This document shows positions 9,046 to 18,622 of a DNA stretch of 64,000 bases, in pieces. The notes under the pieces were generated by a model. It did no database searches, was not told where the DNA came from, and was given only the letters and a program-made list of their open reading frames with translations. Each line of letters opens with the position of its first letter. The stretch's first letter is position 1. Source of the DNA: Gammaproteobacteria bacterium (GTDB taxonomy: Bacteria; Pseudomonadota; Gammaproteobacteria; Chromatiales; Chromatiaceae); assembly GCA_009929855.1 (NCBI GenBank), contig RZZN01000017.1, positions 371-64,370 of the forward strand, given 5' to 3'. A program made the translations under genes and the position numbers.

Positions 9046-9407
9046 CGCGACTCTAGCGATCTGGATCGATCGTGTCAACATCAGGTCGACTCGGTTCACC
9101 CGGCTGATCAGCAGCCGGCCAACAGAGCCAGAGCCGACGGGCACACTGCAGACTGACGCGGGCAGCCGGCGCGATGTCTTTCATCCCGGTGCTGTATTGG
9201 AGTATCGTGTGGGCGGTTGGTCGGTGTGGATCATTGGCAGGGTTCTCGCGACAAGATCGCGACCAAGATGGCTCACTTGACCGCAACCGCCAGAATGTCG
9301 TGTTCGCCGACTCATCGGTCGGCGGGGGAGTCGGCCTCGGCAGGGGCCGACGCGGTGTGTCGATCGGGGGACGCGCATGGCCCCATGCAGGCGCGAGGAA
9401 TCCAACC

Positions 9408-9665
9408 ATGGTCTCCGTTCTGGAGGAGCGTTTTCCACATGTACTCCAACGTCTGGAGCGCTGTTGGGGCAATCCAGACCACTTCGAGGAGGTCTTCTAC
9501 GATCTCATGATCGACAAGCGTGGCGACCGCAGCGGTTGGCCGTTCGATGCCTGGTCGGAGCTGAATTTCTTGCAATCCATCCACGACATCGCCTATGGGA
9601 TGTCATCGGCTCGCACCGCCCATCAGGCCAATCTGCTCGAGCCCTTGGATCTGACCCTCTATTGA
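9408..9665 (+). CDS. Small hypothetical protein (85 aa)
   Basis: ORF 9174..9665 trimmed to MVSVLEERFPHVLQRLERCWGNPDHFEEVFYDLM (GAGGA SD upstream). Coding-like GC3. First gene of a same-strand run of four. No family recognised. Confidence 0.55.
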   Translation: MVSVLEERFPHVLQRLERCWGNPDHFEEVFYDLMIDKRGDRSGWPFDAWSELNFLQSIHDIAYGMSSARTAHQANLLEPLDLTLY

Positions 9666-9681
9666 GCGCGCGCCCACCGGG

Positions 9682-10179
9682 ATGACCCCCCCGCCGTCAT
9701 CGGCCCGTCATGCCGGCGCCGCCACTCACTACGACGACGACCTGCTGCTGAGGGTCCCGCCGCTACTCTGGCTCGCGCTGGTCTTCCTCGTGCGTCATCT
9801 GCTCTTGCTCGGCATCACCTTTCTCCCGACCACCGGAGCGGAGATCGCGATCCTGCGCGATCTCATCCGGCCAGAGTATCTGCTGGCCGACCTGATCGCC
9901 GCGACTGTACTGATGGCCGGTTTGCGGCGGCGCCGACCCTGCCCGGACTGGGTCCGCCACCTTTGGCGGTGGGGTCGCGAGATCCTCACGCTGTCGGTTG
10001 GTCTCTATCTGGCCTTGGTCACCCGCGTGGTGATCGAATCCGGCCGCGCATTACCGGAGGCCATCGATGAGCCGCTCCTCGCCTCGGTGCTCGCAAGCCT
10101 GGCGGTGCTGGCCTATCTCTGGCGCTCACCGCGCATCGCGGATGTGCTGCGCGACTGTCCACGCGGAGTCGAGACATGA
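9682..10179 (+). CDS. DUF2919 (YfeZ-like) inner membrane protein
   Basis: 165 aa with 3-4 TM helices (PPLLWLALVFLVRHLLLLGITFL..). Its stop overlaps the next gene start (ATGA). The family call is from memory of YfeZ-like proteins. Confidence 0.6.
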   Translation: MTPPPSSARHAGAATHYDDDLLLRVPPLLWLALVFLVRHLLLLGITFLPTTGAEIAILRDLIRPEYLLADLIAATVLMAGLRRRRPCPDWVRHLWRWGREILTLSVGLYLALVTRVVIESGRALPEAIDEPLLASVLASLAVLAYLWRSPRIADVLRDCPRGVET

Positions 10180-11369
10180 GGGCGCATGCCGATCGGACCA
10201 GCCCCCGGACGGTCCTGGCCTCCGGGATCTGCGCACTGATCCTGACGCTTGGCGTGGCCCGTTTCGCCTACACGCCCATGCTCCCGGTCATGCAGGCCCA
10301 AACCGGGATGGGCGAGGCACTGGCCGGCTGGCTGGCGGGCTGGAACTATCTCGGCTATCTCACTGGCGTGCTCATCGTCAGCCGTCTGCGCGATCTCATG
10401 CTGAAGGACCGGCTCTACCGCTGGGGTCTGGTGTTGGCCGTTCTGACCACGCTCATGATGGCCATGGCGCAGACCCCGCTGCTGTGGGGCCTGAGCCGTT
10501 ATCTGGCGGGGCTGAGCAGTGCCGCTGGTCTGATGCTCGGCTCGGGCCTGATCCTCAACTGGCTGATCCGTCATGATCACCGCAGCGAGCTCGGGCTGCA
10601 TTTCAGCGGGCTCGGTTTGGGGATCGTCGTCGGCGGCCTGGTCGTGATGCTGACCGCCCCGCTGCTCGACTGGCGCGGTCAATGGCTGGGCCTGACACTG
10701 GTCGGCGCGCTGCTCCTGATCCCGGCCTGGCGCTGGCTCCCCCGCCCGGATCACGGTCAACCACTGACCAGTCGCCATCTGGAGGCCGCCCCCGAGCCAG
10801 CCCCCCTGTGGCTCTGGCTCCTCCAAGGCGCCTATGTCTGCGCCGGCTTCGGCTATGTGATCAACGCAACCTTCACCGTCGTCATCACCGAGCAGCAGCC
10901 GCTCCTGAGCGGCATGGGCGACTGGATGTGGCTCCTGGTCGGGCTGGCCGCCATCCCCGCGCCCTTGATCTGGGATCGCGTCACCCGCCGTCTGGGTTAT
11001 CTACGCGCACTCCAGAGCGCCTTCATCCTGCAGTGCGTCGGGATCCTGCTGCCGGTGCTCGACGGCTCGCTCTGGGCCGCGATCCTCAGCGCCATCCTGT
11101 TCGGCGTCACCTTCATCGGCATCGTCTCGATGGTCTTGACCATGGTCGGTATCCGCTACCCCTCACACCCGGCGCAGATCATGGCACGCTTGACCCTAGG
11201 CTATGGTGTCGCCCAGATCCTTGGGCCCATCCTCGCCGGCGAGGTCGCCGAACTGACCGGTACGTTCGACGGCGCACTCATCACCGTCGCCAGCATCATG
11301 CTCCTCGGGTTGCTGTCGCTCCAGACGATGACCTGGGTCGCCGCGCCGCGGCGACCACGCACCGAGTGA
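10176..11369 (+). CDS. MFS transporter, YbfB/YjiJ family
   Basis: 12-TM layout. The N-terminus ILTLGVARFAYTPMLPVMQ..WLAGWNYLGYLTG is typical of the YbfB/YjiJ (DUF1228) subgroup. Confidence 0.8.
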   Translation: MRAHADRTSPRTVLASGICALILTLGVARFAYTPMLPVMQAQTGMGEALAGWLAGWNYLGYLTGVLIVSRLRDLMLKDRLYRWGLVLAVLTTLMMAMAQTPLLWGLSRYLAGLSSAAGLMLGSGLILNWLIRHDHRSELGLHFSGLGLGIVVGGLVVMLTAPLLDWRGQWLGLTLVGALLLIPAWRWLPRPDHGQPLTSRHLEAAPEPAPLWLWLLQGAYVCAGFGYVINATFTVVITEQQPLLSGMGDWMWLLVGLAAIPAPLIWDRVTRRLGYLRALQSAFILQCVGILLPVLDGSLWAAILSAILFGVTFIGIVSMVLTMVGIRYPSHPAQIMARLTLGYGVAQILGPILAGEVAELTGTFDGALITVASIMLLGLLSLQTMTWVAAPRRPRTE

Positions 11370-11380
11370 GCACAAGACAC

Positions 11381-12754
11381 ATGAGCCGAGATCGCCCCAT
11401 GCCGCCCCCGACCACCCCGCCACGCACCCGCGCGCCTCGCCGCGAGATCTTTGGCTGGGCGATGTTCGATTTTGCCAACCAGGCCTACACACTGCTGATC
11501 ATCTCGGTCATCTTCGGCGATCTCTTCACGCGCATCGTGGTCGGTGACGCGCCGGACTATCGGCTCGGCAATCTCTTGTGGAGCCTGGCGCTCTCGACCA
11601 GCTATCTCCTGGTGGTCCTGTGCGCGCCGGTGGCCGGGGCGATCATGGATTACACGGCGACCAAGAAAGCCTTTCTCTTCGCCAGCTATCTACTCACGGT
11701 GATCACGACCGCCGCGCTCTACTGGGTCGCGCCTGGCTATGCATGGCTCGGGGTTGTGCTGCTGATCGTCTCGAACTTCGCCTACTCGATCGGTGAGGCC
11801 TTCATCGCCAGCTTTCTGCCTGGTCTGGGTCCACCGCAGGATCTGGGCAAGATCTCGGGCTTCGGCTGGGCGCTCGGCTATCTCGGCGGGATGGCCTCCG
11901 CGGTCTTCGTGCTGCTGGTGCTGGGCGAGGTCAGCGCCGAGAATTTCGAGCGCATCCGCTGGGTTGGCCCCTGGGCGGCGATCTTCTTCCTGCTCGCCGC
12001 CATCCCGACCTTTCTCTGGGTGCGCGAGCGCGGCCAGCCACGTCCACTGCCATCCGGCACCAGCCATGTGCGTCTGGGCCTCGATCGGATCAGACAAACC
12101 CTGAGCCATCTCCGCGCACACCGGGATCTTGCCGTGCTCTTCGTCTCGGTCTTCTTCTCGATGAGCGGCATCTATATCGTCATCACCTATGCCTTCATCT
12201 ATGGCGCGCAGGTGATCGGCTGGGACGAGTCGGTGCGCACGCTCATGTTCGTCCTGGTGCAGGTCACGGCGGCCCTGGGGGCGTTCGCGTTCGGCTTCAT
12301 CCAGGATCGCTTGGGTGCACTGCGGACCTATTGGATCACGCTGGTGATGTGGATGGTCGCGATCGCGCTCATCTATCTGACGCCGCTCCTGAGCCTGCTC
12401 GCCGCCGAGCATCTCGGGGTCGATTGGCCGGCGCAATACATCTTTCTGATCGTCGGCGGCGTGGCGGGGCTGAGTCTCGGCTCCTGTCAATCCGCGACCC
12501 GCACACTGGTTGGTCTATTCGCCCCGCTCTCGCGCGCGGGCGAGCTGTTCGGGTTCTGGGGGCTGGCCATGAAGCTCGCCGGGATGTTCGGACTGCTCGC
12601 CATCGGTCTGCTGCAGGCGCTGGTCGGACTGCACACCGCGATACTCTTCTGCGTGCTGCTGTTCGCCATCGCACTGGTGACTGCCTTACCGGTGAATGAG
12701 CGTCGCGGACAGGCGATCGCCGCAGCGCATGACGCGGGTCACAGCACTTGGTGA
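11381..12754 (+). CDS. MFS transporter, UMF1 (Atg22-like) family
   Basis: ORF 10682..12754 trimmed to the in-frame ATG at 11381. The portion upstream overlaps the previous gene. EIFGWAMFDFANQAYTLLI is the typical UMF1 N-terminus. Confidence 0.8.
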   Translation: MSRDRPMPPPTTPPRTRAPRREIFGWAMFDFANQAYTLLIISVIFGDLFTRIVVGDAPDYRLGNLLWSLALSTSYLLVVLCAPVAGAIMDYTATKKAFLFASYLLTVITTAALYWVAPGYAWLGVVLLIVSNFAYSIGEAFIASFLPGLGPPQDLGKISGFGWALGYLGGMASAVFVLLVLGEVSAENFERIRWVGPWAAIFFLLAAIPTFLWVRERGQPRPLPSGTSHVRLGLDRIRQTLSHLRAHRDLAVLFVSVFFSMSGIYIVITYAFIYGAQVIGWDESVRTLMFVLVQVTAALGAFAFGFIQDRLGALRTYWITLVMWMVAIALIYLTPLLSLLAAEHLGVDWPAQYIFLIVGGVAGLSLGSCQSATRTLVGLFAPLSRAGELFGFWGLAMKLAGMFGLLAIGLLQALVGLHTAILFCVLLFAIALVTALPVNERRGQAIAAAHDAGHSTW

Positions 12755-12910
12755 GCGGCGTCTTGCCAAACCGCGCCAAGCCTGCGTCGATCCGGCAGGG
12801 TCCACTCGAGTCAAGGCGTGCAACCAGGTCGAGGGGCGCGCGGCAGACTTGGCCGCAATCCCGCGGGACGCGTTCGCTGCATCAGGGCCATCCCTGGCCC
12901 GCGACGCCGA

Positions 12911-14734
12911 TCAGCCCTCTCCGATCTCGATCAGGACCTCGTCCGGGTTGACCGCGTCGCCCTTGGCGACATAGATCGCCAGGACGGTCCCGGCGATCGG
13001 GGCCTGGATCTCGGTCTCCATCTTCATGGCCTCGGTCACCAGCAGTGCCTGGCCGGCGCTGACCACATCGGTCTCCTTGACCAGCACCTGCACGATATTG
13101 CCGGGCATGGAGGTGGTGACATGACCGGGCAAGGTCGGGCGCGGTCGCTTGCCGACGATCGCCTTCTTGACCGCGCCCTCGGCGCCGCCGGTGAGGACGA
13201 CCTCGTCGAGTGTCTCGATCAGGACCTCTTCCGGGATGCCGTCGATCGACAGATAGAAATGACGCTCGGCCTGATCCTTGTGTCCGGCGCCGGTCACCTT
13301 GACATGATAGGTCTCGCCATGGACCGCGATGTTGAACTCGGTGGGCGCGGTGCGGGGACCCGCCGCGCTCGGCAGCGGCTCCAGTGGCTCAGGATGCAGT
13401 GTCCCGGCGGCACGATGCTCGAGGAAGGCGCGGCCGATCTCGGGGAACATGGCATAGGTCAGGATATCCTCCTCGGTGACCGCCAGCTCGCCGATCTCCT
13501 CGGTGAGGCGCCGCAGCTCGGGATTGAGCAGGTCGGCCGGTCGACACTCCACCAGATCCTCGCGACCGATCGCCTGTTGCTGCAAGGTCGGATTGACCCG
13601 GGCGGGCGCGCGTCCGTAGCGTCCCTGCAGATAGAGCTTCACCTCGTTGGTGATGGTCTGATAGCGCCTCTCGGTCAGGACATTGAGCACCGCCTGGGTG
13701 CCGACGATCTGGGAGGTCGGGGTCACCAACGGCGGATAGCCAAGATCCTCGCGCACCCGCGGGATCTCCTCCAAGACCGCCGCCATGCGATCGAGCGCGT
13801 TCTGCTCCTTCAGCTGGTTGGCCAGGTTCGAGATCATGCCGCCAGGCACCTGATTGACCTGGACCCGAGTGTCCACGCCGGTGTAATCGCTCTCGAATTG
13901 ATGATATTTCTTGCGGATCTGATAGAAATAGAGCCCGACCTCCTGGATCGCCTCCAGGTCCAGGCCGGTGTCATAGTCAGTCCCGCGCAGGGCCGCGACC
14001 AGGCTCTCGGTGGGCGGATGCGAGGTCCCCCCGGCCATGGACGAGATGGCCGTATCGATGGTGTCACAGCCGTTCTCGATCGCCTTGAGATGACACATCT
14101 CGGCCAGACCGGCGGTGGCGTGCGAATGCAGATGCAAGGGCAGATCGACACTGTCCTTGAGCGCCTTGACCAGCTCGGCCGCGACATAGGGCGTGAGCAG
14201 ACCGGCCATGTCCTTGATGGCGATCGAGTCGCAACCCATGGCCGCGAGCTCGCGGCCCATCCGCACGAAGCCGTCGATGTCGTGGACCGGGCTCACCGTG
14301 TAGCAGATGGTGCCCTGTGCATGCTTGCCGGCAGCCTTGGTCGCGGCGATGGCGGTCTCCAGATTGCGCAGGTCGTTGAGCGCGTCGAAGATGCGAAAGA
14401 CATCCATCCCGTGCTCGGCCGCTCGCTTCACGAAGGCCCGCACCACATCGTCTGAATAGTGTCGGTAACCCAGCAGGTTCTGACCCCGCAGCAACATCTG
14501 CAGACGGGTCTTGGGCAGGGCCTCGCGCAGCTTGTGCAGACGCTCCCAGGGGTCCTCCTTGAGGAAGCGCACACAGGCATCGAAGGTCGCGCCACCCCAG
14601 CACTCCAGTGACCAGTAGCCGATCGCGTCCAGTTTGTGACAGATGGGCAACATGTCCTCGGTGCGCAGACGGGTTGCGATCAGCGACTGATGGGCATCGC
14701 GCAGGATGACGTCGGTGATGTTGATCTTGGGCAT
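12911..14734 (-). CDS. pycB: Pyruvate carboxylase subunit B (carboxyltransferase + biotinyl carrier; OadA-like)
   Basis: ORF trimmed to MPKINITDVILRDAHQSL. Contains an HMGL-like TIM barrel and a C-terminal biotinyl motif EAMKMETEI. Adjacent to a biotin carboxylase gene, so a two-subunit Pyc is more likely than a Na+-pumping Oad (no beta/gamma subunit genes here). Confidence 0.9.
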   Translation of the reverse strand: MPKINITDVILRDAHQSLIATRLRTEDMLPICHKLDAIGYWSLECWGGATFDACVRFLKEDPWERLHKLREALPKTRLQMLLRGQNLLGYRHYSDDVVRAFVKRAAEHGMDVFRIFDALNDLRNLETAIAATKAAGKHAQGTICYTVSPVHDIDGFVRMGRELAAMGCDSIAIKDMAGLLTPYVAAELVKALKDSVDLPLHLHSHATAGLAEMCHLKAIENGCDTIDTAISSMAGGTSHPPTESLVAALRGTDYDTGLDLEAIQEVGLYFYQIRKKYHQFESDYTGVDTRVQVNQVPGGMISNLANQLKEQNALDRMAAVLEEIPRVREDLGYPPLVTPTSQIVGTQAVLNVLTERRYQTITNEVKLYLQGRYGRAPARVNPTLQQQAIGREDLVECRPADLLNPELRRLTEEIGELAVTEEDILTYAMFPEIGRAFLEHRAAGTLHPEPLEPLPSAAGPRTAPTEFNIAVHGETYHVKVTGAGHKDQAERHFYLSIDGIPEEVLIETLDEVVLTGGAEGAVKKAIVGKRPRPTLPGHVTTSMPGNIVQVLVKETDVVSAGQALLVTEAMKMETEIQAPIAGTVLAIYVAKGDAVNPDEVLIEIGEG

Positions 14735-14786
14735 GGACGCGGTCTCGAGAGGCGTGACGATAGAGTGGATGGACGCGGGTGAGCCG

Positions 14787-14891
14787 TCAGGAGAGCGGTC
14801 GCGGACAATCCGGCGCCCGCAGCGAGCCAGACTGCTCGCCATCCGGCCAGTCTTCGAGCGCGGGATCGGCGACGATCTCTGACCACTGCAT
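14787..14891 (-). CDS. Possible 34-aa small ORF between pycA and pycB
   Basis: ATG preceded by GGAGGA with an 8-nt spacer. Encodes MQWSEIVADPALEDWPDGEQSGSLRAPDCPRPLS. About 79% GC3, like flanking genes. No homology evidence is available to me. Confidence 0.3.
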   Translation of the reverse strand: MQWSEIVADPALEDWPDGEQSGSLRAPDCPRPLS

Positions 14892-14935
14892 GCTCGCTGT
14901 CCTCCGCTTCGGGTGATGCGCGCTTGGACCCCGGG

Positions 14936-16354
<1,419 letters not shown>

Positions 16355-16370
16355 TGGTTTATGGGTAGCG

Positions 16371-16404
16371 ATTAGTGGTGAGTAGCTAGGCTAGTGGCTA
16401 GTGG
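16371..16404 (-). repeat. Heptad micro-repeat in the pycA leader (mRNA sense CCACUAG-CCACUAG-CCUAG-CUACUCA-CCACUAA)
   Basis: Read directly: the plus strand has TTAGTGG..CTAGTGGCTAGTGG. The unit CCACTAG occurs twice in tandem plus a degenerate copy. It lies 17-50 nt upstream of the pycA ATG, and no purine-rich SD is present there. Confidence 0.6.
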
Positions 16405-16557
16405 GTTGATGCCATTGACCGATCGGCTTTGTCCAGTCGGCGAGGACTGTGACTGATCGCGTAACGACGATGATCGCCGAAATGTTGCGTTGCAGCAATA
16501 GCATTGAATGATGCGGTTGCGCAAGCGCAATCGCATGATCGGATCAGCCGCGAGTGC

Positions 16558-17034
16558 TCAAGCCTCGGGCCAGAAGGCGTCGTCGAGCAGTTGCTCGGGC
16601 GTAAAAGGACAGACGCTGGGGAAGGTCGCCTCGGGCAGGCCGGTCTCGATGATGGCGTTGCGCAAGGCCAACGCATAGGCCTTGTCGATGAGATCCTCCA
16701 GACCGGTCTTCAGACTTGGGCTGTCATCGAGGATCTCTTGAATGGCCAAGCGCGCATTCAGGATCGACAGACGCCAGCTCGGCCCCCGCAGACCGGGCTG
16801 ACATTGCCACTTGAGAAGATGCATCATGAGGTTGCGCAAATGGCTCAACACTGAGCGGCGCTCGCTCTTGCCCAAATCCTCAAGCTCCTCGGCAAGATGC
16901 CGGGCATCGATCCGCGATAGTTGGCCGGCACGCAACAAGGCCGCGTTGGCAAGTGCCCAACCGACGAGGTCCTGATCATAGTCAGGGTAATGCACCCGAT
17001 CCGCGTCGGGTGAGCCGGCTGGGGAAGCGGACAT
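16558..17034 (-). CDS. DUF29 family protein
   Basis: ORF trimmed to MSASPAG. YDQDLVGWALANAALLRAGQLSRIDARHLAEELEDLGKSERRSVLSHLRNLMMHLLKW is the classic DUF29 helical-bundle signature. Confidence 0.8.
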   Translation of the reverse strand: MSASPAGSPDADRVHYPDYDQDLVGWALANAALLRAGQLSRIDARHLAEELEDLGKSERRSVLSHLRNLMMHLLKWQCQPGLRGPSWRLSILNARLAIQEILDDSPSLKTGLEDLIDKAYALALRNAIIETGLPEATFPSVCPFTPEQLLDDAFWPEA

Positions 17035-17094
17035 GATGGGGACCCGGATCGCTCGGAATAACGGATCTAGTATGCACACGGCCGCGTCCGGGCG

Positions 17095-18423
17095 TCAACG
17101 CGTCGCCAGGATCCGATAGACCTCGGCGAGACTGTCCGGACCACCGACATTGCCGGGGAAGATGACCACCGGCAGATTCGGATAGCGCGGATGGTCCTCC
17201 GGACAACGCACCACCGAGCAGCCGGCATGGATCTGACCGAGCACTCGCGAGGTGCGCAGCGCCAGGCCCCGACTCAGGGTGTCGTTGGAGGTGATGCCGC
17301 CCTTGCTGATCAGAAAGCCGATGTCGGTGGGGAGGTTGCGCAGGATCCGCATCAGCAGGCTCGAGACCCGCTCACCGAAGGCCAGACGGGTGGCCGGATC
17401 GGGGAAGCGGCGCTCGCCGCGACTGGTATAGAGCACCAGTCCACGCCCCGCGCCGTAGGCACTCTCCAGACGACCGAGCAGGTCGGCGAGCAGGGCCTCT
17501 TCATCGGTGAGCATCCGCTCCAGATCGATCTCGATCGGCAGCACATCGGTCTGCTCGATCAAGGCATTGAGCTGGCGAGTCGATTTGTCCACATGCGAGC
17601 CCATGAGGACCACGCCGGGACGACCCGCCCGCACGAAGCTCGCCATGGCCGAGGGTGCCACCGGCTGCGGCGGCAGCGCGGCCAGGGCGGTCAGCAGACT
17701 GGCGGCGCTGCGAAAGAGCAAGCGCCGGCCCGCCGCCGTGGCCGCCAGCACCTGTCGGGCGAACCCATCCAGATCGGCGGGTCGCTCGGCATCCACCACG
17801 CAGCAGCGGTTGTCGGCGAGCGCGCTCAGGCGTGGACCCAGATCGCCGCGCACCGCCACCAGGTCGAAGTGCTCCACGGCGGTGGCCGGGATGCGCCCGC
17901 CGGTCTTCTCCTCGACATAGTCGGGGAGGAAGGCATGGTTGAAGCCGAACACCGAGTCGCGCGCGAACTCGGTCTGGCTGACCGGGATTGGGACCCCGTC
18001 GACCAGCAGATAGTGCGTGCCGTCACGGGTGATGCGCCCGCCCTCGAAGAAGGCCGGCACCAGGAAATGGGCATCGAAGGGCCCCAGCTCGGCGGCGATG
18101 ACATCGGTCTCGACCGGGTAATGACCACGCAGCGTCGAGTCCGAGCGACTGACGATCAGGGGCTGGATCGGCCGCCCCAGGGCGGCGCTCCGCTCCAGGG
18201 CCAGACGCAGATTCACGCAGATCTCGCGGGTGGTGGCGGCTGCCTCCACCGCGCCCATGCCGCGCGTGTTGCCGAGCACGAAGAAGAGCGGCGCGGCGTC
18301 GCTCAGCCCGATGAGGAGGGTGTCGGGATCCCAGCGTGTCAGCAGCAAACAGCCGTGGACGGTCTGGGAGCCCGTGGGGTCATCGTCGATGACGATGATC
18401 TTGGTCTGCGGATGGGCCGTCAT
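17095..18423 (-). CDS. Four-carbon acid sugar kinase family protein (DUF1537; OtnK/DtnK/YgbK-like)
   Basis: ORF trimmed to MTAHPQTKIIVIDDDPTGSQTV, the DUF1537 N-terminal hallmark. About 440 aa. C-terminal nucleotide-binding half contains LISKGGITS. Confidence 0.85.
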   Translation of the reverse strand: MTAHPQTKIIVIDDDPTGSQTVHGCLLLTRWDPDTLLIGLSDAAPLFFVLGNTRGMGAVEAAATTREICVNLRLALERSAALGRPIQPLIVSRSDSTLRGHYPVETDVIAAELGPFDAHFLVPAFFEGGRITRDGTHYLLVDGVPIPVSQTEFARDSVFGFNHAFLPDYVEEKTGGRIPATAVEHFDLVAVRGDLGPRLSALADNRCCVVDAERPADLDGFARQVLAATAAGRRLLFRSAASLLTALAALPPQPVAPSAMASFVRAGRPGVVLMGSHVDKSTRQLNALIEQTDVLPIEIDLERMLTDEEALLADLLGRLESAYGAGRGLVLYTSRGERRFPDPATRLAFGERVSSLLMRILRNLPTDIGFLISKGGITSNDTLSRGLALRTSRVLGQIHAGCSVVRCPEDHPRYPNLPVVIFPGNVGGPDSLAEVYRILATR

Positions 18424-18566
18424 GAGGTTTGGCTCCAGTGCATCGGTCTCTGTCTCGGGGCCAGCGCCCCCGAGGCGCCAATTGAACGGATCAGCGCTCG
18501 AGATGACTCGGTTGTGGGTGTGCCAAGGTCTAGCGTTGGCGTCTTCGCTGCGGGGGGCTCGCGGCT

Positions 18567-18597
18567 GAAGCCGCTCCCACGCGGTGGGAGCGGCTTC
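18567..18597. other. REP-like perfect hairpin between the ThDP-enzyme gene and the kinase gene
   Basis: GAAGCCGCTCCCAC-gcg-GTGGGAGCGGCTTC: a 14-bp perfect stem and 3-nt loop. Imperfect pairing extends it to about 18561..18606. Confidence 0.7.
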
Positions 18598-18622
18598 GCT
18601 GCGCGGGGCGGCTTGCCCGTCC

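Noticed and set aside
12818-14455. 545-aa plus-strand ORF antisense to pycB. The same situation applies to 15074..16375 (antisense to pycA), 17191..18708 and 19568..20860 (antisense to the kinase and ThDP-enzyme genes).
   Set aside because: Their translations are Arg/Gly/Asp/His-rich low-complexity strings with no recognisable motifs, while the opposite strand encodes textbook enzymes. Long stop-free antisense frames are expected at ~65% GC.
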